Assembly: GCA_029558515.1 (NCBI GenBank)
Contig: JAKQEM010000014.1
Location: 5,759 to 69,758 of the forward strand
From: a bacterium
GTDB lineage: Bacteria > Patescibacteriota > Gracilibacteria > Peribacterales > Peribacteraceae
Length of the DNA: 64,000 bases
Reading direction: 5' to 3'
The notes beneath the pieces are model-generated. The model was not told the origin of the DNA. It ran no database searches and saw only the letters and a list, made by a program, of their open reading frames with translations. A program made the translations under genes and the position numbers. This document shows, piece after piece, positions 46,377 through 54,450 of the stretch. How positions within the stretch are numbered: position 1 is the first letter of the stretch; the number at the start of each line of letters is the position of its first letter.

Positions 46377-48746
46377 TCACGCACTCTTTCTCCTCCCCTT
46401 CCATGCCCTCTTGGGAACCCCGCGGCGCTTCTCCAGCAGATCCGCGGCATCTGCGGGAGTGATCGTCTCCGGCGTGAACTTCCTGCCGAGCGACGCATTG
46501 GTCGTGCCGTCCGTGACGTAGGGTCCGAAGCGGCCGTCCTTCACGAAGATGTCACTCCCCGAAACCGGATCTTTTCCCAGGGACTTCAAGGGCTCAGCGG
46601 CTTTCTTCTTGCGCTCCAGCGCTTCCTCCATCATCGCCACGGCATTACGCAAGGTGAGGAGCGAGGGGTCTTTGTCTCCGACGGACACCGTCGTCTTGCC
46701 GTTCTTGATGTACGGACCGAAGCGTCCCAGCACCACGGAAACCTCCTCGCCGCCGTGCATGCCGAGCACTTTGGGGAACGCAAGGAGCGCGAGTGCCTGC
46801 TCCAGCGTGACGTGCTCCGGCGACGTGGTTTTGGGCAATGACGCCGTGCGCAACTGCTCTTTCTTCTTCACACCCTTCGCCCCTTTCCCCTTCTTGCGCT
46901 CCGTCGGCGCCGGTCGCCCCAATTGCACGTAGGGTCCGAAACGTCCCGTGCGCGCCACCACCGGCAAGCCCGAAGCGGGATCGATGCCCAATTCATACTC
47001 TTTGAGCACATCGGATTTCTTGATCTCCTTCGTCTTGCTTTCGACGAGATCCTTGAACGGTCCGAAGAATCCTCGCAAAAACGATCCGCCCTTCTCCTCT
47101 CCTTCCGCGATGTCATCGAGGGACTGCTCCATCTGCGCGGTGAACGTGAGATCGACGATGTCGGTGAAGTGTGTCTTGAGGAGATCGGTGACGGTGAATG
47201 CGATGTCCTCGGGCACCAGGGTACGCCCCTCCTTGCGCACATAGCCGCGCTGCTGAATGACACTGATGGTCGGCGCGTAGGTGCTCGGTCGCCCGATGCC
47301 CTCCTCCTCCAACTTTTTCACGAGGCTCGCTTCGGTATAGCGGGCGGGAGGCTTGGTGAAGTGCTGCTCGGGAATGATCTCCGTGCAACGCACGTCTTCC
47401 TGCGCAGAAAGCGGCGGAAGGATCTTCTCGCCGTCCTCGGACAACGCTTCGTCCTCGTCATCGCGGCCCTCCAGATACAAGCGCATGAAGCCGTCGAAGA
47501 TCATGGTCTGTCCCGTTGCGCGGAACACATACGTGGTCTTTCCGTCGGTTTCAATGTCCGCGGCGACCCGCTTGAATTCCGCCGGCGGCATCTGCGTCGC
47601 CATCGTGCGATTCCAGATGAGCGTGTAGAGCTTGAGCTGCTGATGATCCAATACGTCGGCAAGTGACTCGGGCGTGCGACTGATTTCCGTCGGGCGAATG
47701 GCTTCGTGCGCTTCCTGCGCTCCCTTTGTTTTCGTCTTGTACGTGCGCGGCTCACTGAGCACGTACTCGCGCCCGAACTGCCGTTCGATCGTCCGCTTGG
47801 CGTCATCGAGCGCCTTCACGCTCAGGTTCACGGAATCCGTACGCATGTAAGTGATGAGTCCGGCGGACCCCTCGCCCTTGCCCAGACTCACGCCTTCGTA
47901 CAGCTGCTGCGCCACCACCATCGTCTGCTTCACGGAAAATCCCAGCTTGCGCGACGCTTCCTGCTGCAAGGTGGATGTGGTGAAGGGCGGAGCGGGTGTG
48001 CGCTGCACGTCCTTCTCCTCCACGCTCGCCACGGTGAAGGTCGCATCCTTGATCTCCGCGAGGACGGCATCCGTTTCTTCCTTCGTATGCAGCTCCAGCT
48101 TCTTCCCGTCTTTCCGATCGAGCATCGCGGAAAAATTCTGCTTCGCAGCGGTCTCCAATCGTGCTTCCACCGACCAGTACTCTTTGGGCAAAAATGCTCG
48201 GATCTCGCGCTCGCGATCGACGATGATACGCACCGCCACCGACTGCACGCGTCCGGCGGAGAGCCCGCTGTACACCTTCTTCCAGAGGAACGGCGAGAGC
48301 GTGTACCCGACGAGCCGATCGAGGATGCGCCTGGCCTGTTGCGCATCGACAAGGCGCATGTCGAGCGTGCGCGGATGCCCGACGGCTTCCTTGATGGCGC
48401 TCTCCGTGATCTCGTGGAACACGATGCGCTTCACTTCCGTCTCCTCCTCCCCCAGCACCTGCGTCAGATGCCAGCCGATCGCTTCCCCCTCACGATCTTC
48501 ATCAGTCGCGATCCACAGATCATCGACCTGCTTGCGCGCGTCTTTCAACTTCTTCACAACGCTCTGCTTTCCCTCGGCCACTTCGTACGTCGGTTCAAAA
48601 CCGTGATCGATATCCACGCCCAGTCCCGACTGCGGAAGATCACGCACGTGACCCATGCTCGCCTCCACCAGAAAATCTTTTCCCAAAAAACGTTTGATGG
48701 TTTTTGCCTTGGCCGGAGATTCGACAATGACGAGGTGCTGAGGCAC
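46377..48746 (-). CDS. topA: DNA topoisomerase I
   Basis: LVIVESPAKAKTIKRFLGKDF.V.AS.GHVRDL (Toprim), the GLITYMRTDS active-site region, and C-terminal GRFGPYV repeats without Cys4 zinc ribbons. The longest ORF starts at TTG 48848. GTG 48746, just before VIVESPAKAK, is preferred. Confidence 0.93.
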   Translation of the reverse strand: MPQHLVIVESPAKAKTIKRFLGKDFLVEASMGHVRDLPQSGLGVDIDHGFEPTYEVAEGKQSVVKKLKDARKQVDDLWIATDEDREGEAIGWHLTQVLGEEETEVKRIVFHEITESAIKEAVGHPRTLDMRLVDAQQARRILDRLVGYTLSPFLWKKVYSGLSAGRVQSVAVRIIVDREREIRAFLPKEYWSVEARLETAAKQNFSAMLDRKDGKKLELHTKEETDAVLAEIKDATFTVASVEEKDVQRTPAPPFTTSTLQQEASRKLGFSVKQTMVVAQQLYEGVSLGKGEGSAGLITYMRTDSVNLSVKALDDAKRTIERQFGREYVLSEPRTYKTKTKGAQEAHEAIRPTEISRTPESLADVLDHQQLKLYTLIWNRTMATQMPPAEFKRVAADIETDGKTTYVFRATGQTMIFDGFMRLYLEGRDDEDEALSEDGEKILPPLSAQEDVRCTEIIPEQHFTKPPARYTEASLVKKLEEEGIGRPSTYAPTISVIQQRGYVRKEGRTLVPEDIAFTVTDLLKTHFTDIVDLTFTAQMEQSLDDIAEGEEKGGSFLRGFFGPFKDLVESKTKEIKKSDVLKEYELGIDPASGLPVVARTGRFGPYVQLGRPAPTERKKGKGAKGVKKKEQLRTASLPKTTSPEHVTLEQALALLAFPKVLGMHGGEEVSVVLGRFGPYIKNGKTTVSVGDKDPSLLTLRNAVAMMEEALERKKKAAEPLKSLGKDPVSGSDIFVKDGRFGPYVTDGTTNASLGRKFTPETITPADAADLLEKRRGVPKRAWKGRRKSA

Positions 48747-48993
48747 GAGTGCGTGGAAGGAGAATGCGAATGACGCGCAGCCTACGGAGAGACGGGGGGC
48801 GTTGTCAAAGAAGTCTCCGCATCTCCCGAGGACGATCCAACGGAACAAAATCGGTGCATCACCTCACCGAACGCCCGAAAAGCCAGTAAAACGCCGATTC
48901 TCTGAACAGCGTTTGTGCTCAGGTCTTTTGGCTTTCGAAAGCCCTCGCTGCCTCTTTTTGGCTAACAAAAGCCAATGAAGTTAGGGAAATGGC

Positions 48994-49021
48994 TTGCATG
49001 AGCGGATTTTCGATCTATAGA
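48994..49021 (+). promoter_or_regulatory. sigma70-like promoter (TTGCAT-16nt-TATAGA) for hup
   Basis: Located 44 nt upstream of the hup ATG. Confidence 0.5.
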
Positions 49022-49064
49022 CTGTCTCTTGTCTTCTCCTTTACCTTCTTTTCCCCCTTCCTCT

Positions 49065-49340
49065 ATGTCCAAGCAGGATCTTATCAATACCATCGCGAAC
49101 TCCGCGGGCATCACCAAGCGTGCGGCGGCGGCGGCGCTCGAGTCCCTGACGAACGTCATCACGAAGGAACTGAAGCGCGGCAACTCCGTGACCATCACGG
49201 GCTTCGGAACCTTCCGTGTCTCCAAGCGCGCGGCGCGCACGGGCGTGAACCCGCGCAATCCTTCGCAGAAGATCTCCATCCCCGCGATGAAGGTCCCCTC
49301 CTTCAAGGCAGGCAAGACGCTGAAGGATGCCGTTCGGTAA
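49065..49340 (+). CDS. hup: HU family DNA-binding protein
   Basis: MSKQDLINTIANSAGITKRAAAAALESLTNVITKELKRGNSVTITGFGTFRVSKRAARTGVNPRNPSQKISIPAMKVPSFKAGKTLKDAV. Confidence 0.95.
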   Translation: MSKQDLINTIANSAGITKRAAAAALESLTNVITKELKRGNSVTITGFGTFRVSKRAARTGVNPRNPSQKISIPAMKVPSFKAGKTLKDAVR

Positions 49341-49398
49341 ATGTGATACGTGTCATGAATACAACGGAGTCTTGTGGAAACACAGGGCTCCGTTTTGC

Positions 49399-49476
49399 GA
49401 ATGACCAATGACCAAGCACCAATGACCAACCCGCTCCGAAGAAACTTGGTCATTGGGATTTGGGATTTGGTCATTT
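49399..49476. repeat. oligomer-array hairpin (AATGACC units vs GGTCATT / TTGGGAT units)
   Basis: GAATGACCAATGACCAAGCACCAATGACCAAC ... CTTGGTCATTGGGATTTGGGATTTGGTCATTT, between hup and khpB. Confidence 0.8.
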
Positions 49477-49528
49477 CCGATATTCCATTCTCCCTCCCCC
49501 CTTCTCTCTGCTATAGTCCCCCCATCTC

Positions 49529-50074
49529 ATGGACAACACCCTCATCGCATCGGCACTCGCGGAACTCCTCCGGCATCTCGGTCTGCCGCAGAGCGACATC
49601 AAGGTCTACGCGGAGGATGACGTCACGCGCGTCGACATCACGTCGGATGACGCCAGCCGCATCATCGGGTGGCACGGCGAAACGTTGAACTCCGTTCAGC
49701 ATCTGCTCAAGTCCATCGTCCGCTCGGCGCTGAAGCTCGACCGCACGCCGCTGATCGTCGTGGACGTCGACGGGTATCGCCGCATGCAGGAAGACAAGGT
49801 GAAGCACATCGCCGACACCAAAGCCGATTTCGTCCGTCGCACGGGCAACCGCATCGCGCTCTCTCCCATGTCTCCCTACTTTCGCCGCATCGTGCATCTC
49901 TACGTCGCCAATAATCCTGCGCTGCAAGATCTGACGACCGAGAGTGTGGGCGAAGGCGACTACCGCCAGATCGTCCTGCGTCTCAAAGAGGAAAAGAAGG
50001 GAGGAGTGAAGAGCGGTGAGGAACTCTCTCCGGTCATTGCGGCGGATGACGGTCTGGAGAATTTGGATATTTGA
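49529..50074 (+). CDS. khpB: Jag/KhpB RNA-binding protein (KH + R3H domains)
   Basis: IIGWHGETLNSVQHLL (KH) and L.PMSPYFRRIVHLYV (R3H). Confidence 0.8.
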   Translation: MDNTLIASALAELLRHLGLPQSDIKVYAEDDVTRVDITSDDASRIIGWHGETLNSVQHLLKSIVRSALKLDRTPLIVVDVDGYRRMQEDKVKHIADTKADFVRRTGNRIALSPMSPYFRRIVHLYVANNPALQDLTTESVGEGDYRQIVLRLKEEKKGGVKSGEELSPVIAADDGLENLDI

Positions 50075-50078
50075 ATGA

Positions 50079-50110
50079 GGTGGTAGGGGGTAGGGAGTAG
50101 GGAGTAGGTG
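50079..50110. repeat. heptamer array GTAGGGG GTAGGGA GTAGGGA GTAGGTG
   Basis: Four tandem 7-mers just after the khpB stop. Related to TAGGGGGTAGGGGGTAG at 31051. Confidence 0.75.
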
Positions 50111-50200
50111 TCGCCAATATATGCATTTGCCTTGAAACATTTGTTGCATGTATATTTTAAAAGTGTACAATAGAAGCACATTCTACTGTACCCTTCTCCT

Positions 50201-50455
50201 ATGCCCAAAGACGTTCCCATCAAAGAATTCCGCGATAATCTGGCCGACTATGCCAATCGCATCGAAGCGGGGGAATCATTTCGCGTCATCCGTCGGTCCA
50301 AGCCGTCATTCATCGTCATGCATGTCAACGGGGACGGAGAGAACGATGAGCAGTGGGAAACAATCGTCGATTGTACGGAAAACGGAAAACATCCCGGGAT
50401 GCCCGCCGATGATCTCCTGAAACTTTTGCAGAAGATTCGTCGCTCCGATGGATAA
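50201..50455 (+). CDS. type II antitoxin, Phd/YefM family
   Basis: The VPIKEFRDNLADYANRIEAGESFRVIRRSKPSFIVM N-terminus is typical of Phd/YefM. The gene overlaps the toxin gene by 8 nt. Confidence 0.75.
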   Translation: MPKDVPIKEFRDNLADYANRIEAGESFRVIRRSKPSFIVMHVNGDGENDEQWETIVDCTENGKHPGMPADDLLKLLQKIRRSDG

Positions 50456-50690
50456 GATTGAAAAAGCATTGCGAGCGATTCCCTTGCGTGACCGTTCGCG
50501 TATCGAAGAAGCCATCATTCTCCTTCTTGCAAGAAAATTGGAGACTCTGCAGTGCGGTAAACTGCAAGGATACGACTGCATCTACCGCGTGCGCGTGGGA
50601 CGCTACCGCATCATCTACTATGATGACGGGGACAATATAGTGATCAAAGCCATCAAAAAACGAAACGAGTCGACGTATCGGGCGGTGTGA
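50448..50690 (+). CDS. type II toxin, RelE/ParE family
   Basis: KLQGYDCIYRVRVGRYRIIYYDDGDNIVIKAIKKRNESTY matches the RelE/StbE core (YR.RVGDYRIIY...V..I.HR...Y). Confidence 0.8.
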   Translation: MDKIEKALRAIPLRDRSRIEEAIILLLARKLETLQCGKLQGYDCIYRVRVGRYRIIYYDDGDNIVIKAIKKRNESTYRAV

Positions 50691-50718
50691 ATCAATACAC
50701 CTCTGCGAGATAACAGGT

Positions 50719-50816
50719 TCCACCCTTCGACTCCCCCTCGACAAGCTCGGAGCGCTCCCACCTCCGCTCCTTCATTACATTCGGAGCTACGGCGGGCAGG
50801 CAGGGTGAATCCTGCA
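50719..50816. repeat. GC-rich repeat related to 25117-25190 and 56144-56167
   Basis: CCTTCGACTCCCC...GGAGCGCTCC...CTACGGCGGGCAGGCAGGGTGAATCCTG. The CCTTCGACTCC start also occurs at 12488. Confidence 0.5.
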
Positions 50817-50824
50817 CAAAGCCA

Positions 50825-52513
50825 TCAATAGACAGCAGCCAGATAGCAGGATTCACAGTACACGATCTCCGGCCGCTCGGGCGAATAGCTTGTGGCTATT
50901 GGCTGTTGGCATTTGGCACATTGACGGTTCCACAATTTTCTGGGATTCCTCAGTGCCATCCTCCTCCTGTGCCGTTCATCGGGATGGAAACGCGGGACGG
51001 GAAGGCGCATCTGTCTGTAGAATTCCAGTTCCTGCTTGATGATCTTGAAGGGTCGTTTGGTTGCTTCACATTCGATGGCCCAATTGAGAATATCACCCGG
51101 GATATCGTCGATGGAATCGGGTAATTGTGCGGCGGGAATGATCTTCTCCACTTTGGGAAGTTCATCGGTTTGGTCTCTCCACTTCCAGCCTCTTTCCAGA
51201 ACTTCCTCTTTGGTTAAGGGGAAGTATTCCTGAGCGACGGTTTCGTTGTACGCAAAGGGAGACATGGTCACGGGGAAAAACTCTCCCCACTCCCCATCGG
51301 CTCGCATCTTTGCAATGATCTTGGGAACAAGATCGTTGTACTCTTCTTTCGTGTACTGCTTGTTGAGGATGCAGTGGTGCTTGTGGCGGAGGCCGATGCA
51401 GCCGAAGCAATCCGAACAGGAATAACAGTGCTCACAATAATACGCATCCATCGCACTCTTGCTGGCATGGCAGAACAACACATGACTACTCCCATAACCG
51501 GCATTCATCAGCTCGTAACAAAGCTCCAAACCGGTTATGCCGCACTTGGATAAATCATAGGAATTCTTCGCATCAAATACGCGAAAACAGAATTTAACGT
51601 CTTCACAACGCTTGAGATCATAAGACAGGCCACAATTCCGACATTCGATAAACTCATTTCCTGTGCAATTCTCCGACATCGTTTGACGCATGCAGACGTG
51701 TGGCAACTTTCGCTCCGTCTCCTGCAATTTGCCGCGCATATTGGCGATGGTTCCATGGGTAAGAGGAACTGCGAGCCGTGCGCGTATTGCTTGGAATTCC
51801 GCTTCATTGACCTGCTGATTGAATACGAAAAATCGCTGGTTTTTCAGCCCAAAGCATCCGATGCACTCACTGCAGTTGTTACAATCCTTCAAGAATAATG
51901 AATCGTGACAGTTGATGCAGTTCTGTGAGAAAAACAGGTTGTACCCATTTTTACAGTTGATGCATTCGTAGGAGATTTCCATGCTCTCACACAACAAGCA
52001 ATCGTTTGTGTTTTTACAGGAATATATGGAGTCTCCAAAATAACAGTCCTCGCTCTGGAAACATGGCGACGCAAGATAACAATTCTTGTTGTCGCCACCG
52101 ATAGCGACATACTCGCTGTTGATTGAATTAAAATTTCCAAGCGACAAACGCGGCACGGACAATTGTAACTCAAGCAATTGCTCAAAACATGGTCTTGAAA
52201 ATTCAAAATCAAAGCCATATTTCATCGGCTCCCATGCATCACTCCACCAATCATGCTGGTTATAAATTGTATGAGGTTTGTCGGGCGATGCAGTGGACAG
52301 AATCTTTTGTCCAGTCAGGTCACACGAACGCTTATAGAGAACGTGAGCATTGCGGAATGCAAGCCTCCGTTGCTGCCGACAGTCGGGGCAGAGGGTCGGT
52401 GGCGGGATCGGCTCCTTCTTGCCGTTAAACACCGGACTGACTTTGTCGTAGAACGCGAGGTCGGCGGGGGTGATTTCAAAGGATTGCTGACATTGGCGAC
52501 AGGTTTGCTGCAC
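50825..52513 (-). CDS. large Cys-rich protein with zinc-ribbon-like terminal modules (function unknown)
   Basis: About 60 Cys in roughly 560 aa. The N- and C-terminal modules are related (C..C...F.I...DL.FY......P..CP.CR..RR.A.RN...LY.R.C). The central part carries CxNCxxSxxLxxC-type repeats. Lower GC. The track ORF start at 52567 runs into a repeat arm, so GTG 52513 is preferred. Confidence 0.7.
   Translation of the reverse strand: MQQTCRQCQQSFEITPADLAFYDKVSPVFNGKKEPIPPPTLCPDCRQQRRLAFRNAHVLYKRSCDLTGQKILSTASPDKPHTIYNQHDWWSDAWEPMKYGFDFEFSRPCFEQLLELQLSVPRLSLGNFNSINSEYVAIGGDNKNCYLASPCFQSEDCYFGDSIYSCKNTNDCLLCESMEISYECINCKNGYNLFFSQNCINCHDSLFLKDCNNCSECIGCFGLKNQRFFVFNQQVNEAEFQAIRARLAVPLTHGTIANMRGKLQETERKLPHVCMRQTMSENCTGNEFIECRNCGLSYDLKRCEDVKFCFRVFDAKNSYDLSKCGITGLELCYELMNAGYGSSHVLFCHASKSAMDAYYCEHCYSCSDCFGCIGLRHKHHCILNKQYTKEEYNDLVPKIIAKMRADGEWGEFFPVTMSPFAYNETVAQEYFPLTKEEVLERGWKWRDQTDELPKVEKIIPAAQLPDSIDDIPGDILNWAIECEATKRPFKIIKQELEFYRQMRLPVPRFHPDERHRRRMALRNPRKLWNRQCAKCQQPIATSYSPERPEIVYCESCYLAAVY
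50893..50920. repeat. heptamer array TGGCTAT TGGCTGT TGGCATT TGGCACA inside Cys-rich ORF
   Basis: Four tandem 7-mers on the plus strand, encoding (minus strand) CAKCQQPIAT in the C-terminal zinc-ribbon-like module. Confidence 0.65.
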
Positions 52514-52519
52514 GAGGAA

Positions 52520-52604
52520 AGAATAACAGAATAACAGAATAACAGGACGAATAATCTCGATCAGCACCAGCTGTTACTCCGTTACTCCGATATTCCGTTA
52601 CTCC
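52520..52604. repeat. oligomer-array hairpin (GAATAACA x3 ... GTTACTCC-type x3)
   Basis: The arms pair with A-C mismatches on the plus strand. These become G-U wobbles on the minus-strand RNA, and both flanking genes are on the minus strand. Confidence 0.85.
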
Positions 52605-52607
52605 TCT

Positions 52608-53078
52608 TCATCCTTCACTGATCCGCACGATCTTCACCTTGTCCTCGCGGGGAATCAGAATTTTCAGAATGCATTCTTTGTTGAACGTCGCACGGACTTT
52701 CTTCGCGTCAATGGTGAAGGGCAACGTGACGGAGCGGGAAAACTCCCCCCAGTAGCACTCCTGCAAATAGTACTGATCGGCGGGAACGGCGTCGCCCTGA
52801 TGACGCGCGCCGCGGATGGTGATGACATTGTCGACGATTTCCAAATCGAGGTCACTCATGCGCACGCCTGCGATGGGCACCTTGATGATGACGTATCCGT
52901 CCTGCTCGAAGATGTCCACGGCCACCTGTCCCTGTTGCGAACGTCCCGCGCCGGAAGCGGCAGGCATCGAGGGCGCACGTTCTTCGACGGCACGCGTCTC
53001 CCGCAAGAGCGCGCTCTCCTGCAAGTCGTCCTGTCCGAGAGAAGAGAAAATGCCGTGGAAAGGAAACGGGGAGGACAT
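52608..53078 (-). CDS. Hsp20/alpha-crystallin small heat-shock protein
   Basis: Alpha-crystallin domain: VDIFEQDGYVIIKVPIAGVRMSDLDLEIVDNVITIRG......YYLQECYWGEFSRSVTLP..IDAKKVRATFNKECILKILIP. Confidence 0.88.
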   Translation of the reverse strand: MSSPFPFHGIFSSLGQDDLQESALLRETRAVEERAPSMPAASGAGRSQQGQVAVDIFEQDGYVIIKVPIAGVRMSDLDLEIVDNVITIRGARHQGDAVPADQYYLQECYWGEFSRSVTLPFTIDAKKVRATFNKECILKILIPREDKVKIVRISEG

Positions 53079-53164
53079 GGGTTCATCGTATGATACGCAA
53101 TGAGCGGCCACTTGCGCAAAAAGAATGAATGGAAGTGTGCGGCGGATGTGACATACTGCACGGC

Positions 53165-53968
53165 ATGACGATGCTGCAAGCGATGCTCATCGGCGCGATG
53201 CAGGGGCTGACGGAATTCCTGCCGATCTCCAGCGACGGACATCTGGTGCTGGCGGGTCTGCTGCTGCAGATTCCCTTGGAAGGACGCGATGCACTGGGAT
53301 TTGACGTACTCCTGCACGGGGGCAGTCTGCTCGCGCTGCTCCTCGTCTACCGGCGCATGTGGACCGGATTGATCATCGATGCCCTCAACGCAGCGCGCGA
53401 TGCACGCCGCATGATCGGATGGCTTGCGCTGGGCACGATCCCCGGGGTGCCGGCGGGACTGGCGCTGCAAGAGACGATCGGCGAGATGCGGTCGCTCTCC
53501 GCGGCCGGCATCGGATTTCTGATTACCGGCATCGTGCTCATTGCGGGGGAGGCAATCGGAAGGGTTCGAGCAACCACATCCGACGATCGCATGACGACGG
53601 CGCGCGCGCTCCTCATCGGCGGCGCACAGGCGGTTGCGATTCTGCCGGGCGTGTCGCGTTCGGGACTGACGATCTCCACGGGGCGCGCTCTGGGGATGCG
53701 ACGGAGCGCCGCGCTCGACTTCTCCTTCCTCCTCGCAGTGCCAATCATCGCGGGAGCACTGGGAAAAACACTGCTGGATGCAGGATCGGGAGAGGTCGTG
53801 TTCCCCTCATCGACGATCGCCCTCGCGGGATTTCTCACATCCTTCCTCGTCAGCACCGCCGCCATTCATCTGCTGCGCGTGCTGGTGACACAGCGAAGCC
53901 TCGCCGTGTTCGCGTGGTACCTCATTCCTCTGGGAACAACGCTGCTCGTTATTTCGTTGAATCGATGA
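53165..53968 (+). CDS. uppP: undecaprenyl-diphosphate phosphatase
   Basis: GLTEFLPISSDGHLVL, GVSRSGLTISTG and multiple TM helices. Confidence 0.92.
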   Translation: MTMLQAMLIGAMQGLTEFLPISSDGHLVLAGLLLQIPLEGRDALGFDVLLHGGSLLALLLVYRRMWTGLIIDALNAARDARRMIGWLALGTIPGVPAGLALQETIGEMRSLSAAGIGFLITGIVLIAGEAIGRVRATTSDDRMTTARALLIGGAQAVAILPGVSRSGLTISTGRALGMRRSAALDFSFLLAVPIIAGALGKTLLDAGSGEVVFPSSTIALAGFLTSFLVSTAAIHLLRVLVTQRSLAVFAWYLIPLGTTLLVISLNR

Positions 53969-54040
53969 CAAGTGGAATCCCAAATGACGAGAGAACGAAA
54001 TAACCAGATAACGAAATAACGAAGTAACGTATAACGAATC
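53947..54040. repeat. oligomer-array hairpin (CGTTATTTCGTTGAATCG ... CGAGAGAACGAAATAACCAGATAACGAAATAACGAAGTAACGTATAACGAATC)
   Basis: The left arm is the last 18 nt of uppP coding sequence. The right arm is an 8-nt-periodic array. Confidence 0.75.
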
Positions 54041-54126
54041 AGTACAATCGACCTTGCATCACTCACCGGACTTTGTAGAATGACGCTCCGCCTTCGCGAC
54101 AACGTATCTTCCTCCCCCTTCCTCGT

Positions 54127-54351
54127 ATGTCAGACGTACAACTGCGCAATAACATCCGCCGTTTGCGCTTCGATCGCAATATGACGCAGGAGGAGTTGGC
54201 GCTGCGCACGGGGGTGAGTCGACAGACGATCATGAGCATCGAGCGCGGACAGACAAACCCCTCCGTTCTCCTCGCCTACAAAATAGCCGCCGCATTCGAC
54301 GTGCCGATTACGGAGGTGTTTGATATGGAGGGCAAACTGGCGCCGGTCTGA
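54127..54351 (+). CDS. XRE-family helix-turn-helix transcriptional regulator
   Basis: NIRRLRFDRNMTQEELALRTGVSRQTIMSIERGQTNPSVLLAYKIAAAFDVPITEVF. Confidence 0.88.
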   Translation: MSDVQLRNNIRRLRFDRNMTQEELALRTGVSRQTIMSIERGQTNPSVLLAYKIAAAFDVPITEVFDMEGKLAPV

Positions 54352-54355
54352 GAAA

Positions 54356-54450
54356 AGTATTGGGTATGAAGTATTGAGTATCGTGGATATTTTGGAGTGT
54401 GCATCCGTCACTCTCAATACTCAATACTCAATACTCAATACTCAATACTG
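54356..54450. repeat. oligomer-array hairpin (AGTATTG units vs CTCAATA x5)
   Basis: AGTATTGGGTATGAAGTATTGAGTATCG ... CTCAATACTCAATACTCAATACTCAATACTCAATACTG in the convergent xre/recJ spacer. The last codons and stop of recJ lie in the array. Confidence 0.85.

Noticed and set aside
54413-54450. Tandem short repeats considered as possible CRISPR arrays (here and at 14056-14143, 31901-31950 and 52520-52604).
   Set aside because: The units are only 7-8 nt and directly abutting, with no spacers, and no cas genes are present. This is not CRISPR architecture.
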